Part shown: positions 1 to 19,475 of the stretch, piece by piece
Layout of the letters: every line of letters begins with the position of its first letter
Numbering within the stretch: the first letter of the stretch is position 1
Assembly (NCBI RefSeq): GCF_009914755.1
Contig: NC_060931.1
Length of the DNA stretch: 64,000 bases
Reading direction: 5' to 3' (one strand)
Origin: the human T2T-CHM13v2.0 reference genome, Homo sapiens
Program-made: the position numbers and the translations under genes
Notes under the pieces: generated by a model
Databases searched by the model: none
What the model saw: only the letters and a program-made list of their open reading frames with translations
What the model was told of the DNA's origin: nothing

Positions 1-156
1 ACACTAATAAACTGAAAGGCAAAGCACGAAAAAGGTATACCACGCCAACTGTAACCAAGAGAGCTGGCGTGGCTATACTAATAACAAACAAAATAGACTT
101 TTTAAGACAAAAATTGTTACTAGCAACAAAGAAGAACATTCTAAAATGATAAAAGG

Positions 157-157
<1 letters not shown>
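1..157 (+). mobile_element. Old L1 (L1M-type) ORF2 endonuclease-region fragment
   Basis: Degenerate match to KIYHAN..KAGVAILI.DKIDFK...KEGH..MIKG. Confidence 0.75.
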
Positions 158-833
<676 letters not shown>

Positions 834-874
834 ATTGCAATTGTTTTGGGGCTCCGTGAACAGTGCCCATATAA

Positions 875-1613
<739 letters not shown>

Positions 1614-2152
1614 TGACTGCTCCGCCAACCGGCCTTCCTCATCTCTCTCCCTCTCCTTGGGCCTCCCTATTCCCTAAAGCACAACAATACCGAAATTAGG
1701 TCAATTAATAATCCTACAATGGCCTCTAAATGTTCAAGTGAATTGAAGAGTCACATGTCTCTCACTTTAAATCGAAAGCTAGAAATGATTAAACTTAGTG
1801 AGGAAGGCTTAAGCCAGTCAAAAGCCAAGATAGCCTAGAAGCAAGGCCTCTTGTGCCAAACTGCCAGGCTGTGAATGCAAAGAAAAAGTTCTTGAAGGAA
1901 ATCTAAAGTGCTCTGGTGAACACACAAATAAGAAAGTGAAACAGGTTCATTGCTGACATAGAGAAAGTTTGAGTGATCTGGAGAGAAGATCAAACCACCC
2001 TCAATATTCCTTGAAGCCAAGCCAAATCCTCATCCACAGCAAGGCCCCAACTCTCTTCAATTCTGTGAAGGTTGAGAGAAGTGAGGAAGCTGCAAAAGAA
2101 AAGTTTGAAGCCAGCAGAGATTGTCTCATGAGGTGTAAGGAAAGAAGCTACC

Positions 2153-5463
<3,311 letters not shown>

Positions 5464-5617
5464 TAATGCTACTGCACACTTAATAGGCAACAGTATAGTT
5501 TAAACGTAATTTTATATGCACTGGGAAACCAAAACATTCACGTGACTTGCTTTACTGTGATATTCGCTTTATGGTTTGGAAGCAATCCTGCAGTATCTCC
5601 AAGACATGCTTGTGTAC

Positions 5618-5790
5618 CCAAAGGAATGAGAAGGAAGAAAATAACAAAGAGTAGAAACCAATGAAACTAATCACGTCTAGCCAGACTGGCCAAGAAACAG
5701 AGTAAGAAGAAACAATCTGTATCAGCAATGAAAAAGGAGACATCACTACAGACCCTTCAGACAGTCAACGCAGAATAAAGGAATAATTTG
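5618..5790 (+). mobile_element. Old L1 ORF2 fragment
   Basis: ctagccagact...aatgaaaaaggagacatcactacagacc matches LARL...NEKGDITTD. Confidence 0.7.
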
Positions 5791-7252
5791 GACCATATGC
5801 CAATACCTTGGGCAGTCTGGGTGAAATGGATGTTTGGGGTGTATGAATAGCAAGTGTAAATGTCTGAGAGTACTAGCCTGGCTGGTGCATTTAGGGGCTG
5901 TGGACAGGATAATGTTGTCCAAGCAATCAGAGTCTGATGGTGGTGGGTCAGACAGGTAGCACTGATCAGAGGGCAGCGGGAAGCCATTTGGAGGTTCTGG
6001 GCAGAAGAGTGGCCTGGCCAAGTGTGCACTCTGAAGACACCCTCCAGCTGCTTCTGTATGAAGAATACCTAAGAATAGGTAGCCTTGTAGGGGGCCCTGG
6101 TGCCTCTTTCCAGGACTGCCAGGCCTGGAGCCCAGCAAACAATGGCAGGGCATGAGAGCGAGGAGGGGGAAGGCAGGGTCTGGAGCCTGGCGTGGGTGCC
6201 ACAAATGGGGTTCCAAGACACTGGAGGTCAGGGGTGGGGCTTTGCTCCACGAACCTGCAGAGAGCATGAAGCCAGGGGCAGCTGGGGGGCCTTCAGGGGC
6301 AGCAATACCTGTTTTCCTGTCCTAGCCCCTGCCAGGAGAGCCTCATACCTACCCCTACTGTGGCTCAGAAAAGGATGCCGGGGGGGTCAGAAGGACCCTC
6401 CCCTGCTGGGGCCAGGGGAACTCAGAGCCTGAACACATGCATGACCATCTCCATCTCCGGCACTGACCCCAGCTGCAGGTGAGCTGCGTCCGTGTGAGGG
6501 CACTCAGCCCGGTGAGAACAGGGAGGGCCCACGAGAGGGTCCCAAGAAGGCAGGGCCCTGATGCAGGGAAACAGTCAGAGATGGAGAGACAGGAAAGACA
6601 TGGACCGGGGTAAGCGCCAGCTGCCTGCCCAAGTGTGAGTGCCTGCTGCCTTGGTTTACCTATCTGGATTGTGGGCAAGTCAAAGAGAGCTTGGTGCCTG
6701 CCCACCCCACCTGACTCCTCCAGGCTCAAGCCCAGGCCACATGAGGCCTGTCCCACCCGTTCTCCCATGGCACAGACCGCACCCCCACCATCCCACAAAG
6801 TCTGAATGAGATGCGCTCTCTCTTCTTTCTACCGTGACGTGGCTGTTCCTTCCCCTGCACCTGTGTCTCGGGTAACCCCACGTCTCTCTCACGGGCCAGA
6901 CTGGGTGTCACCAACCTGGAGTGGCCCCCACAAACCCCAGGCTGGGTCAGGGACCTCCATGGAGCTCCCGCAGCCCCTCAAGTGCCCAAAACAGGGCTGT
7001 GTTTGCTGGCAGTGTGAGACTGAAGGAGGTCGCCCTTTGCAAGGCGAAGAATCCCCTCCTTGGAGATGGCAGGCCAGGGCCCCTGTCGCGAGCATCCCTG
7101 ATCAGCACGGGGCTGGCCCACGAGGCTGGGGTTCTGCCCATTCCCAGCTCTGCACCTGCATCTCTGAGCCTCAGTTTCCTCACCTGTGGGATGGGGCAAT
7201 GGCGTCCGCCCCTCCCACCCACCCCCACCGCAGCCCACCTGCTGCCACTTAC

Positions 7253-7501
7253 CCAGCAGGCTCTGCCGCTCCTCTTTCTTCCGGGCCTTCTGCTTGGCCT
7301 CCAGCTGTACCACAGACAGGGATGGACCCACCGTGGGGCTGGGGAGGGCGCTGGCGGCGAAGCGTGCCAGCAGGCCCAGCCCACTCTCCTCCAGGCCCGG
7401 TGACAGGGCCCGCTCCCGGGCACCCAGCCTGTAGCCACCACCGCTGGCCTCGTCCTCCTCCTCGAGCTCCTCCTCCTCGTCCTCCTCCTCCGAGCTCTCA
7501 T
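7253..7501 (-). CDS. TNRC18: TNRC18 exon 18 (249 nt), acidic GAG-rich tract, DESSEEEDEEEELEEED...RQSLL
   Basis: Acceptor cacgccag|AT, donor CTGG|gtaagt. Confidence 0.95.
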
Positions 7502-8083
7502 CTGGCGTGCAGAAAACAGGGACCGAGTCAGAGCCTTGGCCTTGGCGAGGGCCACCCCCCACCGCCCCCTGGCCCAGAGTGGCCTCTGGGCTCCAGCCTA
7601 GTCCCTCAGTCCTGAGCAGGGGGCCGCTGGGGGTGGATGCAGACCCAGCCCACGGGTTCCCCCCATCCGATGGCCCAATGCCCCCGGCCAGCTGAGCCCA
7701 ACGCGGGCATCCCAGAAAGCCCGGAGGTGGGCAGCGGCCTTGTGTGTCAGGGTGGGCTTCTGTGAGGGGCACCAACATGCACCTGTGCTGTGGCAGGGGC
7801 CAGACACACGGACAAGGACTGGAGACAGCGTTCTCCACAGTCACACGCGCACACGCCCCAACACACAACACAGAGGCAGGAGGAGAAGGAAAGAGGAAGC
7901 GGAGGGAGGTGAGCACGGAAGAGGGCCCTGGGGACTCAGGCTAGGGGTTCTGGGCACAGGTGCCTGCGGCAGCTTCGCCAGCTGAGTCCTGGGGGCTGGC
8001 GGCAGGAGAAAGTGGAGTTCGGACTCTTCCTGGGGGCCAGGGGACCCCCATGGTTTCAGCCCCGAGAAGGGATCTGGAGTCTA

Positions 8084-9670
<1,587 letters not shown>

Positions 9671-11059
9671 TTTAAAAACATAAAGAAGCCCCAGCCTGCC
9701 TCTCTGGTCGGTGACTTAAGATGAGCTTCATCCAGTGACCTTCCCTGCCTGCCTGAGAGTCTGCAGTCCCCGGAGCCCAGCCCAGGCTCTCAGGACAAAG
9801 GCAGCTGGCAGACAGGAGGCTCCCTGCACACAAACCAAAACCCCCCACCAAAAAGAGAGACTGTCTTGAGGCAGACACTTGCTTCCAAGGACGGGCAGGT
9901 GGAAGGCCTGAGAGAGCAAACTCTGCCCTGAGATGCAACATCCAAAGTGCCACCCATGAGCAGGTGACAGGGGTGCCCATCTGCCTCACGGACCAGAGTG
10001 CTGGGAGCGGGAAAGTGACTCTAGGGGCCGCAGGGCTGGAAGGTGGCCCCTTCCAGCAAGAAGAGGTGGACACCAGACCCTTTCTCTCCAGGGCGGGGAG
10101 CAGTCTAGGCTCGGATAGACAGACGGGGAAGACGGACAGCCAACTCCACAGTCTCCTGCCAACGCCCCAAGCCGCCTGCTTGCTTAAGCAACTTGTGGCC
10201 AAAAGTGGTGGCCCCAGAGGTGCCAATGAGGGCAGAGGTTCTGTCTACTCATGTATTGGAGACAGCCCGGATTTCTGCTGGGCCACCTCAGAGAGGAAGG
10301 CGGTGAAGGTGATGAGTCTGAGGAGTCCGCAGAGGAGTAGAGGGAGGGAGGGAGGGAGGGAGGCAGGAGCCAGAGGGAGAGGGAGGAGGTTTGTTAAGAG
10401 GGTGAGAGGGGAGACTGGCCCCCGGAGCAATGGATGAAGCAGGCTGGAGAGGCCAGCCAGGCAGGCGGGGGCAGGCAGGCAGGCAGTGCACACTTGCGAT
10501 CATTCACATTGCAGGCGTCACATGGCTCTGTCTCCGCCCCAGTGGGCCACAGCGGCAAAGCAGGCTAAGTGTAGGCAGACTTTTCAACAGCGCCTGGGTC
10601 CCCCACATCAGGTCTCCCTGGGGTGGGCCAATTTGAGCAGGGTGGTGGGCAGGGGGCTGGTTGTGGGGTGGGGGCAGGGGGTTGGACGTGAGGCCAGGGA
10701 TCTTCCCTTCTAGCCACTCAGGTGCGCAGACTCCAGAAATCTTTCCCATCCAGAGGAATTCTCAAGCAGCTGGGGCTGCGGGGGGAGGGCGAGCTCTGGG
10801 TTTCTGGATGCCCGCAACGTCCACGCCAGAGCCCAGAAAGCCGAGAGCAGCCCAATGCCCGCACCTCGGCATGGGAGACCCTCCCGCCTCCCTGCGTGCT
10901 TGACAAGGCCACACCCGCTGCTCCTGCGGGGTCTGGTGCACACCCCGCTAGCGTCCGCAGCAGGCTGGGGAGCAGAGGGGCTCTGAGGACCAAGAAAACC
11001 TTTCTGGAGTTGTCCACACCTGAGGCAATGCAGCTTGCCGAGGGCTGGGGACAGGGAGG

Positions 11060-11150
11060 GGGGAAAAAAGTCCCATCAAAGTAACCCAAGGAAATGCAGA
11101 AAAACTTTTTATTATTATTATTATTTAAAGAAAAAAGCAACAACAAAAAA
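11060..11150 (-). terminator. Distal intronic poly(A) signal
   Basis: U-rich upstream tract, AATAAA at 11113-11108, CA 13 nt later, then TTGGGTTACTTTGATG...TTTTTT downstream element. Confidence 0.62.
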
Positions 11151-13510
11151 AGATCTTGGCTCAGGACATGGGGTTGGCGGTGACAGGTTGGTGGTAAATG
11201 TCAGAGCGATCTGCTGCTGCCAGACCCGGTGGGGGCGAACCCCGAGGAGGGAGGTGCACGGAGGACAGAAAGAAAAGCGTTTTGCCTACCTACGGAGCAA
11301 CGAGCCAGGCTCGCACCCAAGCTCAGTGACCCGCTGCGCCGTCTGCCCTACTCCCAGCCTTCGCTTTGCGTCCAGAGTGCAGCGTGAGAGCAAATGCAAG
11401 AGACCAAAACAGACATTCAAAGCGTCATGGGGAGGGGTCAAGGGTGGAGGGATGGTCGGGCTGCTGGAAGAAGCAGACATACTAGAAAAGCCAAGCCAGT
11501 TACGGAGTTTAGTACCAGGTCAGCGAGGCCCTATTACCCAAATATCCCTTTCAAGACCTGCTCAGTGGTGGACTGGCGGGGGTGGAGGGGGGCACTGAGG
11601 AGCCTGGGCCTCCCCCGCCTCCCCTCACCCCCCGCACTCCCCTATCTGGGTCCCGTCCACTTGGCACTGCGGCGCCAGCCCGGAGCCCCTTCCTAAGAGG
11701 CCTAGGGGGCTGCCTGCTTCTCTGTGGGGTCTCAGCTGGGGCAGGAGGGCTCAAAAACTTGGAAGCGGAAACCGCGGCTTTAAGGGGGCGTGGGGTCCAG
11801 CCCATGGGGGAGATGGGGGAAAGGGAGGAGGCCGGGGAGGGAGAAGGGGATCGTAAACTAACCCAGCTCATCCACGGACAGCCCGGGCAGGGGGAGGCCT
11901 CGGAAAACGAGGCTGGCCAGTGGGTCGGGGGCCTCTCTTCTCGGTCCGGGGTGGTGTTCGCTCAGAGGGGTAGTAGCAGCCCAGGGGAACATGGGCCCCG
12001 GGGCATCGTACTCCTCGCCATACCACCTCCTGGTCACCCAAAAGGATCTCTGCCAATTTGGAGGGGAGGTCTGGGAGGGGAGGCGGTAGACCAGGAATTC
12101 AAGAGCAGGGCTGGAAAAACAGGGCGGGCGGGGGGCGGGGGCAGCATTCAGGTCCCGGGGTGCCCGAGCCAGGTCAGACCCAGGGACACGATGACACCTC
12201 CAGACCTTCCTCAGGGAGTAGCTGACATCCAGGTGTGGCTACCCAGGGCCTGGGGGATCCCCTCAGCTGGCCCTAGTGGGAGTTCGCCCTGAAGCAAATC
12301 CTAAAACCAGGGCTAGGAAAAAATGTCAGAGATTCACTTGCTTCCCTTTCTTGGGGCATTTCTGGTTGAAGGGCCCAAAAGGCTCACACACATCTAACCC
12401 CAGAAGCACAATTCTGACACTGGAAAGGGCAAGGCCAGCGGGTTCTCAGGGGCCTGGCAGCTCTCTCTTGAGAACCGAGGTGGCTGAGGACCCCGGGCTG
12501 GGACCAGGCCAGCCTCTCTCCAAACAGAGCACGATGCTCCGTCCCTTGATGCGGCAACGGAGCCGCTTTCGTATTGAATGACAGAGACCAGGGGTGTCAA
12601 AGGCTCTGGGCCCTGCACTGCCTACGCACCCTTCAAAACAGAAATACACGTGAGAAGACAAGTGTTTGTAAATAATAGTTTTTAACCACTGGCAAGTAAG
12701 AATAGAGCTTTAAGAAAATAAAAGACAAAACAAGCAACTAAAAAAACATGATGATGCTGGAGGTGAAGGCGCTTGATTTTAAACCTGAAAAATGAAATGA
12801 ATGCCAATCGCTACCAGGGATATTTGAATAACACAGGCAAGCGGCAGGCGGCACGGTCCCGTCCCTACTCCTTCTGGGTGGGGAGGAGGGAGGGGAGGAG
12901 GTGGGGGAGAAACAAAATGAGAGGGAAGCGTCAACCTAATGTCTAGTAAGGACACAGCAAGAGAGACAAGGCACACAGGTTTAGTTAAAAATGAACTCGA
13001 TATGTTTAATAAAGCTTGGTATTACCAAAATCGCGGTACAAACATCAAGTCACACGCCCACACGACAGAATTCCATTTACAAAATGTTCCTCGGGAAGCC
13101 TCCACCGAACCCGTGCCCAAAGAGAGCCCGAACCAAGCCTGGGGTCTCTGGGTGGGCAGAAAACGTGAGTGCGGGGGTGGGGGGAACTCGGGGGAGGGGG
13201 AGGAGGGCAGGGAGGAGGGCAAGTGGAGAGAAACGCAGACTCAAAAGCAGTCCATATAACAGCTCAAAAAGAGCCAGCCGGGGATATTATCACAATGATA
13301 CAGTACAAATCAAAGCAAAAATCAAAATCATTCGGCTGATAACAGCAGGCTACGCTGCCAAGAACCCAGATGGCAGCCTTCTTGCGGCCATCCGCACGGG
13401 CCTCCTCACCCACCATCTCTCCCGTGCGCCCACTCGCTTCCCTCTCGCTCACTCGCACGCACTCTCTCGCTAGGAAACACGGAAGGTATTTTGTGTTTGG
13501 AGCTAGTAAC
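11090..13510 (-). other. TNRC18: Candidate extension / 3' UTR of a short TNRC18 isoform (composite terminal exon 17)
   Basis: Read-through of the donor gives G-Y-stop (TAG 13503-13505); repeat-free, U-rich tracts, ends at AATAAA 11108-11113. Confidence 0.6.
12950..13085 (-). terminator. Proximal intronic poly(A) signal candidate
   Basis: Two upstream TGTA, ATTAAA at 13010-13005, GT-rich downstream element TGTGTGCCTTGTCTCTCTTGCTGTGT. Confidence 0.45.
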
Positions 13511-13786
13511 CTTGGTCAAACGATTCCTCCGAAGAGTCGCTGAAGGAGGAACGCGCCTCGGCCTCTCGAAGCAGCAGACAAAACGGCTGCTTCCTGCTGG
13601 TGGCCGGCTTGGGTTTCAGAGTCCGGGGGGCCGCCAGGCCCCTCTTGGTCAGCTTGGGGCCACCAGCTGCCTTGCTGTTCTTTGCCACCATGCTACACAG
13701 GAGGGAAGGCGTCAGTTTGGAGCTGGAGGGGCCTTGGGCGGGCCACTCGTCCTTCAGGAATTCTTCGTCTTCCTCTGAGTCCGTAT
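13511..13786 (-). CDS. TNRC18: TNRC18 exon 17 (276 nt) TDSEEDEEFL...SEESFDQ
   Basis: Acceptor tttgactgcag|AT, weak donor CAAG|gttact. Confidence 0.93.
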
Positions 13787-14945
13787 CTGCAGTCAAAGTA
13801 GTTTTTAATAGAGATAAGTCACAGGGCAGCAGGAGCTGGTGTCATTTTATTGGTTTTAATGGTTCTGAGAACGTACTGGAAGGTGCCAGAACAAACAGGT
13901 CCGAATACCTAGTAGGCGGCCGTACAAAGGCCTTGCCCCATGTCACCAGCTCCCCTCCCAGTCCAGGCTTCTCCCTTGCCCTGGGTGCCTCGGTCATTGC
14001 ATGGCATCTTCCGAGTGCTGGACCCAGGCCCTTCCTAGACTGGATGCTGCCAGCCTCACCCACCAGTCACTCCAGGCTTTCCGGGCACCGGAGGATGAGA
14101 GAAGCCCTATGCTCAGGAAGGTCACGGTGGTCACTGCCTGTCCCATGGGATTACGATGGCCCAAGGGTGACAACCGCAGAGGACCTGACTCAGGAGGGAA
14201 AGGGCTCATGACAGCCAATCATGCATTCTCTTCCCAGTGCCCCTCCCAGCAGCCTCCCAGTGGCAGCACGAAGCAGGCCACAGTAAGGGTGTTTACACCA
14301 TGGGAATGGGCAAACGCTGTTACCGCTAGCAGATCCCTTGCCCTTCTTTCTACGAGCCAGTGAGCCGGCCCACCACTGCTGGCTTCCCCAGAGTCTCCAG
14401 CCTAACTATACAACGGAGGACAAGAGTCTTCAAATCTTCCGGGGAGACAACCAGCCAGCTTTGGGAGGGGAGCCTGCCAGGCAGGCAACGCTCCGGCCCC
14501 CGCCATGCTCACGCCATTTTGATCTGCTTTTCTTACTGGGCAAGATGGGAAGACAGGGGTTCCAGAGACAGAGAATAATCCCCTGATCTGCTGAAATCCA
14601 CTCCAGACGGGGGGAACGTGAACCAACACAGCTACAGCTCTGGCAGCACCTGCCACCTCCGAGTCCAAGAGAAACCACATGCACGCATCCGTGGCGGGCA
14701 TTCCTCTGACTGCTCCCACCAACACCTAAGCTTTCACTCCAGCAAGACCCCAACCTCAGGATGGTCCGGCAACTCTTGGGTGGGACAAGGGTCCAGCCCC
14801 GCCAGGCTACCAGCCCCTGCCCATCGAACCAGTCAAAGTGCGCTCTCTCTTGTATGCTCCAATCTGTCCCTCCCGAGGCTGTGTCCCAGGCTGGAGAGGC
14901 TAAGTGGGTGACAACCAACTTGGCCTCCTACAAGAACCCACAGGG

Positions 14946-15935
<990 letters not shown>

Positions 15936-17038
15936 AACGGACATTCCCTCACACGTGCCAAGAGTGAACACACCAGCTCGGAGCACCCCAGAGACATCAG
16001 AGACAGAGCACATCTCTGACCTCCAGCTCCACCCCATCCACGTCCACCTGAAAGTGGGGAATTCTTTCAGCTACCACCCAAACTGCATCCACAGACCCCA
16101 ATCCCTCAGAAGATCAAAAGAACAGCAATCTCCCCCGACTTCCCTGAACCCCCTTCACTTTTCCAAAATGAGCAGAGATTGAGAGAGCAAAAGAAAGCCC
16201 CTCCCTTCCCCCTCAGAGTGATGAGTCTCTGGCACTGTCTCTTCCTGCTTGTGCCCACACACTGGCCAGGAGCCTAGGCTACACTGCTCTGATCACACCC
16301 ATCCCAATCAAAGAAGCACTGAAACCACGACACTCTCATATGTCCTCAGCACAGAAGGCATGAGCCAGCTGCTTAACTCACACCCACAGGGAGCATGAGT
16401 CCTGGTGACCTGCTAGCCTAGGACAGACGAAACACACGCACCCTGAAAAAACTAGCAGCTTAATTCCGTGCCAGGTGCCACGTTCAGCTCTCTGCCCACG
16501 TAAGCTCACTTAAGGCCCCCAACGACCCCGTAAAGCAGGTGACGATATCTTAACTCTGAGTCCATAAACACTTTTTATTTCCTTAAGAAAACATGCTTTA
16601 CGGTATCAATAAACACGGCGACTTTTCGCCCTTGACAGTCAAACTCCCCCTTCTCCGCCCATGAACCGGCCAGAGCCAATCAAAAGCCCCAGACACACAG
16701 AACCAGGCAGCTGCCAATGCAAAAGCTCTCCACCCGCCCCAGGGCCTGGGGATTCCCAGAACAAACACCACTGACACTGACAGGGGCCAGAACCCAGGAA
16801 GCTCCCTCCTTCTGGCCTCCCTGCAGCTAGCCACAAACTTAGCACCTGTCCGCCCTGGGCATGAGGTGCTCTGTCCACAGATACTGAGCAAGCACCCACT
16901 ACCTGCCAGGCAGCAGGTTCTGGGCCACAAGAGGCCATAACCATGAGGACGCTCCAATCTGACAGTCTCTTGTTAAATGAGATAAAACTCCATTCTTCAG
17001 TCCCATCAGGACTGCTCCATTTCAAGAGCTCAATAGCA

Positions 17039-17885
<847 letters not shown>

Positions 17886-18099
17886 TAGTGGGACACAGCC
17901 ATGATGGCAGCAGGTTCCAGTGGGTAGGTGGGTCGGGCCGAACCAGGTTTAACCCCGAGTCGCCTCTCCGCACCCGAGCGCACACACTCCCCTCTGGCTC
18001 TCGGGCCACATCATCCCCAGTAACAACATGGGGGTACCACTGTCAGAGCTGCCACAGACACAGTAACGCCAATGAACCCCTGCATCCATAGCCGAGCAC

Positions 18100-18600
18100 G
18101 GTGGGCGCTCCATAAACACTGCTTCCGCCAACACTTCGCGACAAAGCCGTGGTCCGCAACAGACGGCATGCTTCCTGTGGGTAGGGGAGTCCGGTCACCT
18201 CTAGGACCCTCAAGAGCAGTCGCGCTCCAGGCCTCTCTAGGCCAAACAGCCGCAAACTCTATGACGCACAAGGCTTCCTCGCCTATGACATCCGGTAGGC
18301 AAATGGAGGGCGGGCAAGACAGGGCCGGCGGAGGTCGGCTCCCAACCGCCAATCACGGGCGCCCACCAATCACAAGCACCTGCCTGGCATCACACCCGCC
18401 AGTCACAGGCATATCCGCTTCAGGCGGCCTCCCCCCCCACTTCCGGCTTGGAGGCCATGCCAAGCTCAGGCACTGTAGTGCGCCCCAGAGAGAGAGCGAG
18501 AGCGAGAGAGAGAGTGAGGGGGGGGGGGAAGGAGGACGGTGGAGAGAAGAGGGGAGAAAAGGAGAGAAGCAGCGGACCAGAGGTGGCGCGGCATACGCTA
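18100..18600. promoter_or_regulatory. CpG-rich intronic promoter-like element (intron 16)
   Basis: CCAATCAC twice (18349, 18366), ACTTCCGG ETS (18439-18446), ACATCCGG ETS-like (~18288), ATGACGCA CRE-like (18261), GGGCGGG (18308). Confidence 0.5.
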
Positions 18601-18605
18601 CTTAC

Positions 18606-18966
18606 TGTAAGAGTAGCTGCTCACTTCCGAGGCAAACGGGGAATGGGCCGACTTGGGCTGGCCTCTGGCCTTGAACCCCACCTCCATCTTCCTGGTTTTG
18701 GCTGCCCTTTTGTGTTTACCTTCTCTGGAGGATTTCAGAGACAGGCCGAGGCCCTTGGCCAGCGCCTTCCTGTCCTTCCCCAGCAGGCTGTCGTAAGGAG
18801 TCAAGTACCTGCCGCAGCCCCCGCTAGTTTTCGATTTCCCCCCAGCACTGTCCGAAAACTTGAAGGGCGACTTCAACTTGTCCTGCTTGGTGAGGGAGAG
18901 GGCCTTGTCGAGCTTGCTTGCCAACTGCTCCTGGTCGCTGGCCATCTTCTTCTTCTTAATCTTTAG
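18606..18966 (-). CDS. TNRC18: TNRC18 exon 16 (361 nt), Lys-rich, LKIKKKKMASDQ...EVSSYSY
   Basis: Acceptor ctctccag|CTA, donor TACA|gtaagt. Confidence 0.95.
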
Positions 18967-19099
18967 CTGGAGAGGGAAGGTGGGTCATGGGTTAAAAGAT
19001 CTGACAAAACAGTGTAGTGGGTTTCAGTGCACATGCTCTGCCCAGCCTGGGCTCCAATCCTTCACCTGCCTCTGTGATTTAACTCCTCTTAGCACGCAT

Positions 19100-19475
19100 A
19101 TATATTTATTTTTTTTTTAGAGACGGAGTCTCGCTCTGTCGCCCAGCCTGGGGTTCAGTGGCGCGATCTCGGCTCACTGCAACCTCCACCTCCCAGGTCC
19201 AAGCATTTCTCCTGCCTCAGGCTCCCGACTAGCTGGGAGTCGCAAGTCACTGCAGCCTCGACCTCTGGGCTCTGTGACCCTCCCGCCTCAGCTTTTCTGG
19301 TAGCTGGGAATACAGGCGTGCGCCACCACTCCTGGCTAATTTTTATTATTTTTATTTTTGTAGAGCTGGGGTTTCATCATGTTGCCCAGGCTGGTCTCAA
19401 ACTTTTAGGCTCAAGCCATTCTCCCACCTCAGCCTCCCAAACTGTTGGGATTCCAGGCTGACCACGACTGGCCAG
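19100..19475 (-). mobile_element. Chimeric Alu (AluS right arm joined to AluJ)
   Basis: Alu consensus with a junction near 19240. Confidence 0.8.

Noticed and set aside
11582-12292. 236-aa plus-strand ORF in the repeat-free tract
   Set aside because: Non-ATG start, Gly-rich output of G-rich DNA; the region is better explained as minus-strand UTR or intron
10620-13220. G-quadruplex-capable runs (~10650, ~12121, ~13171, also ~7210)
   Set aside because: Common at this GC content; no specific evidence of function
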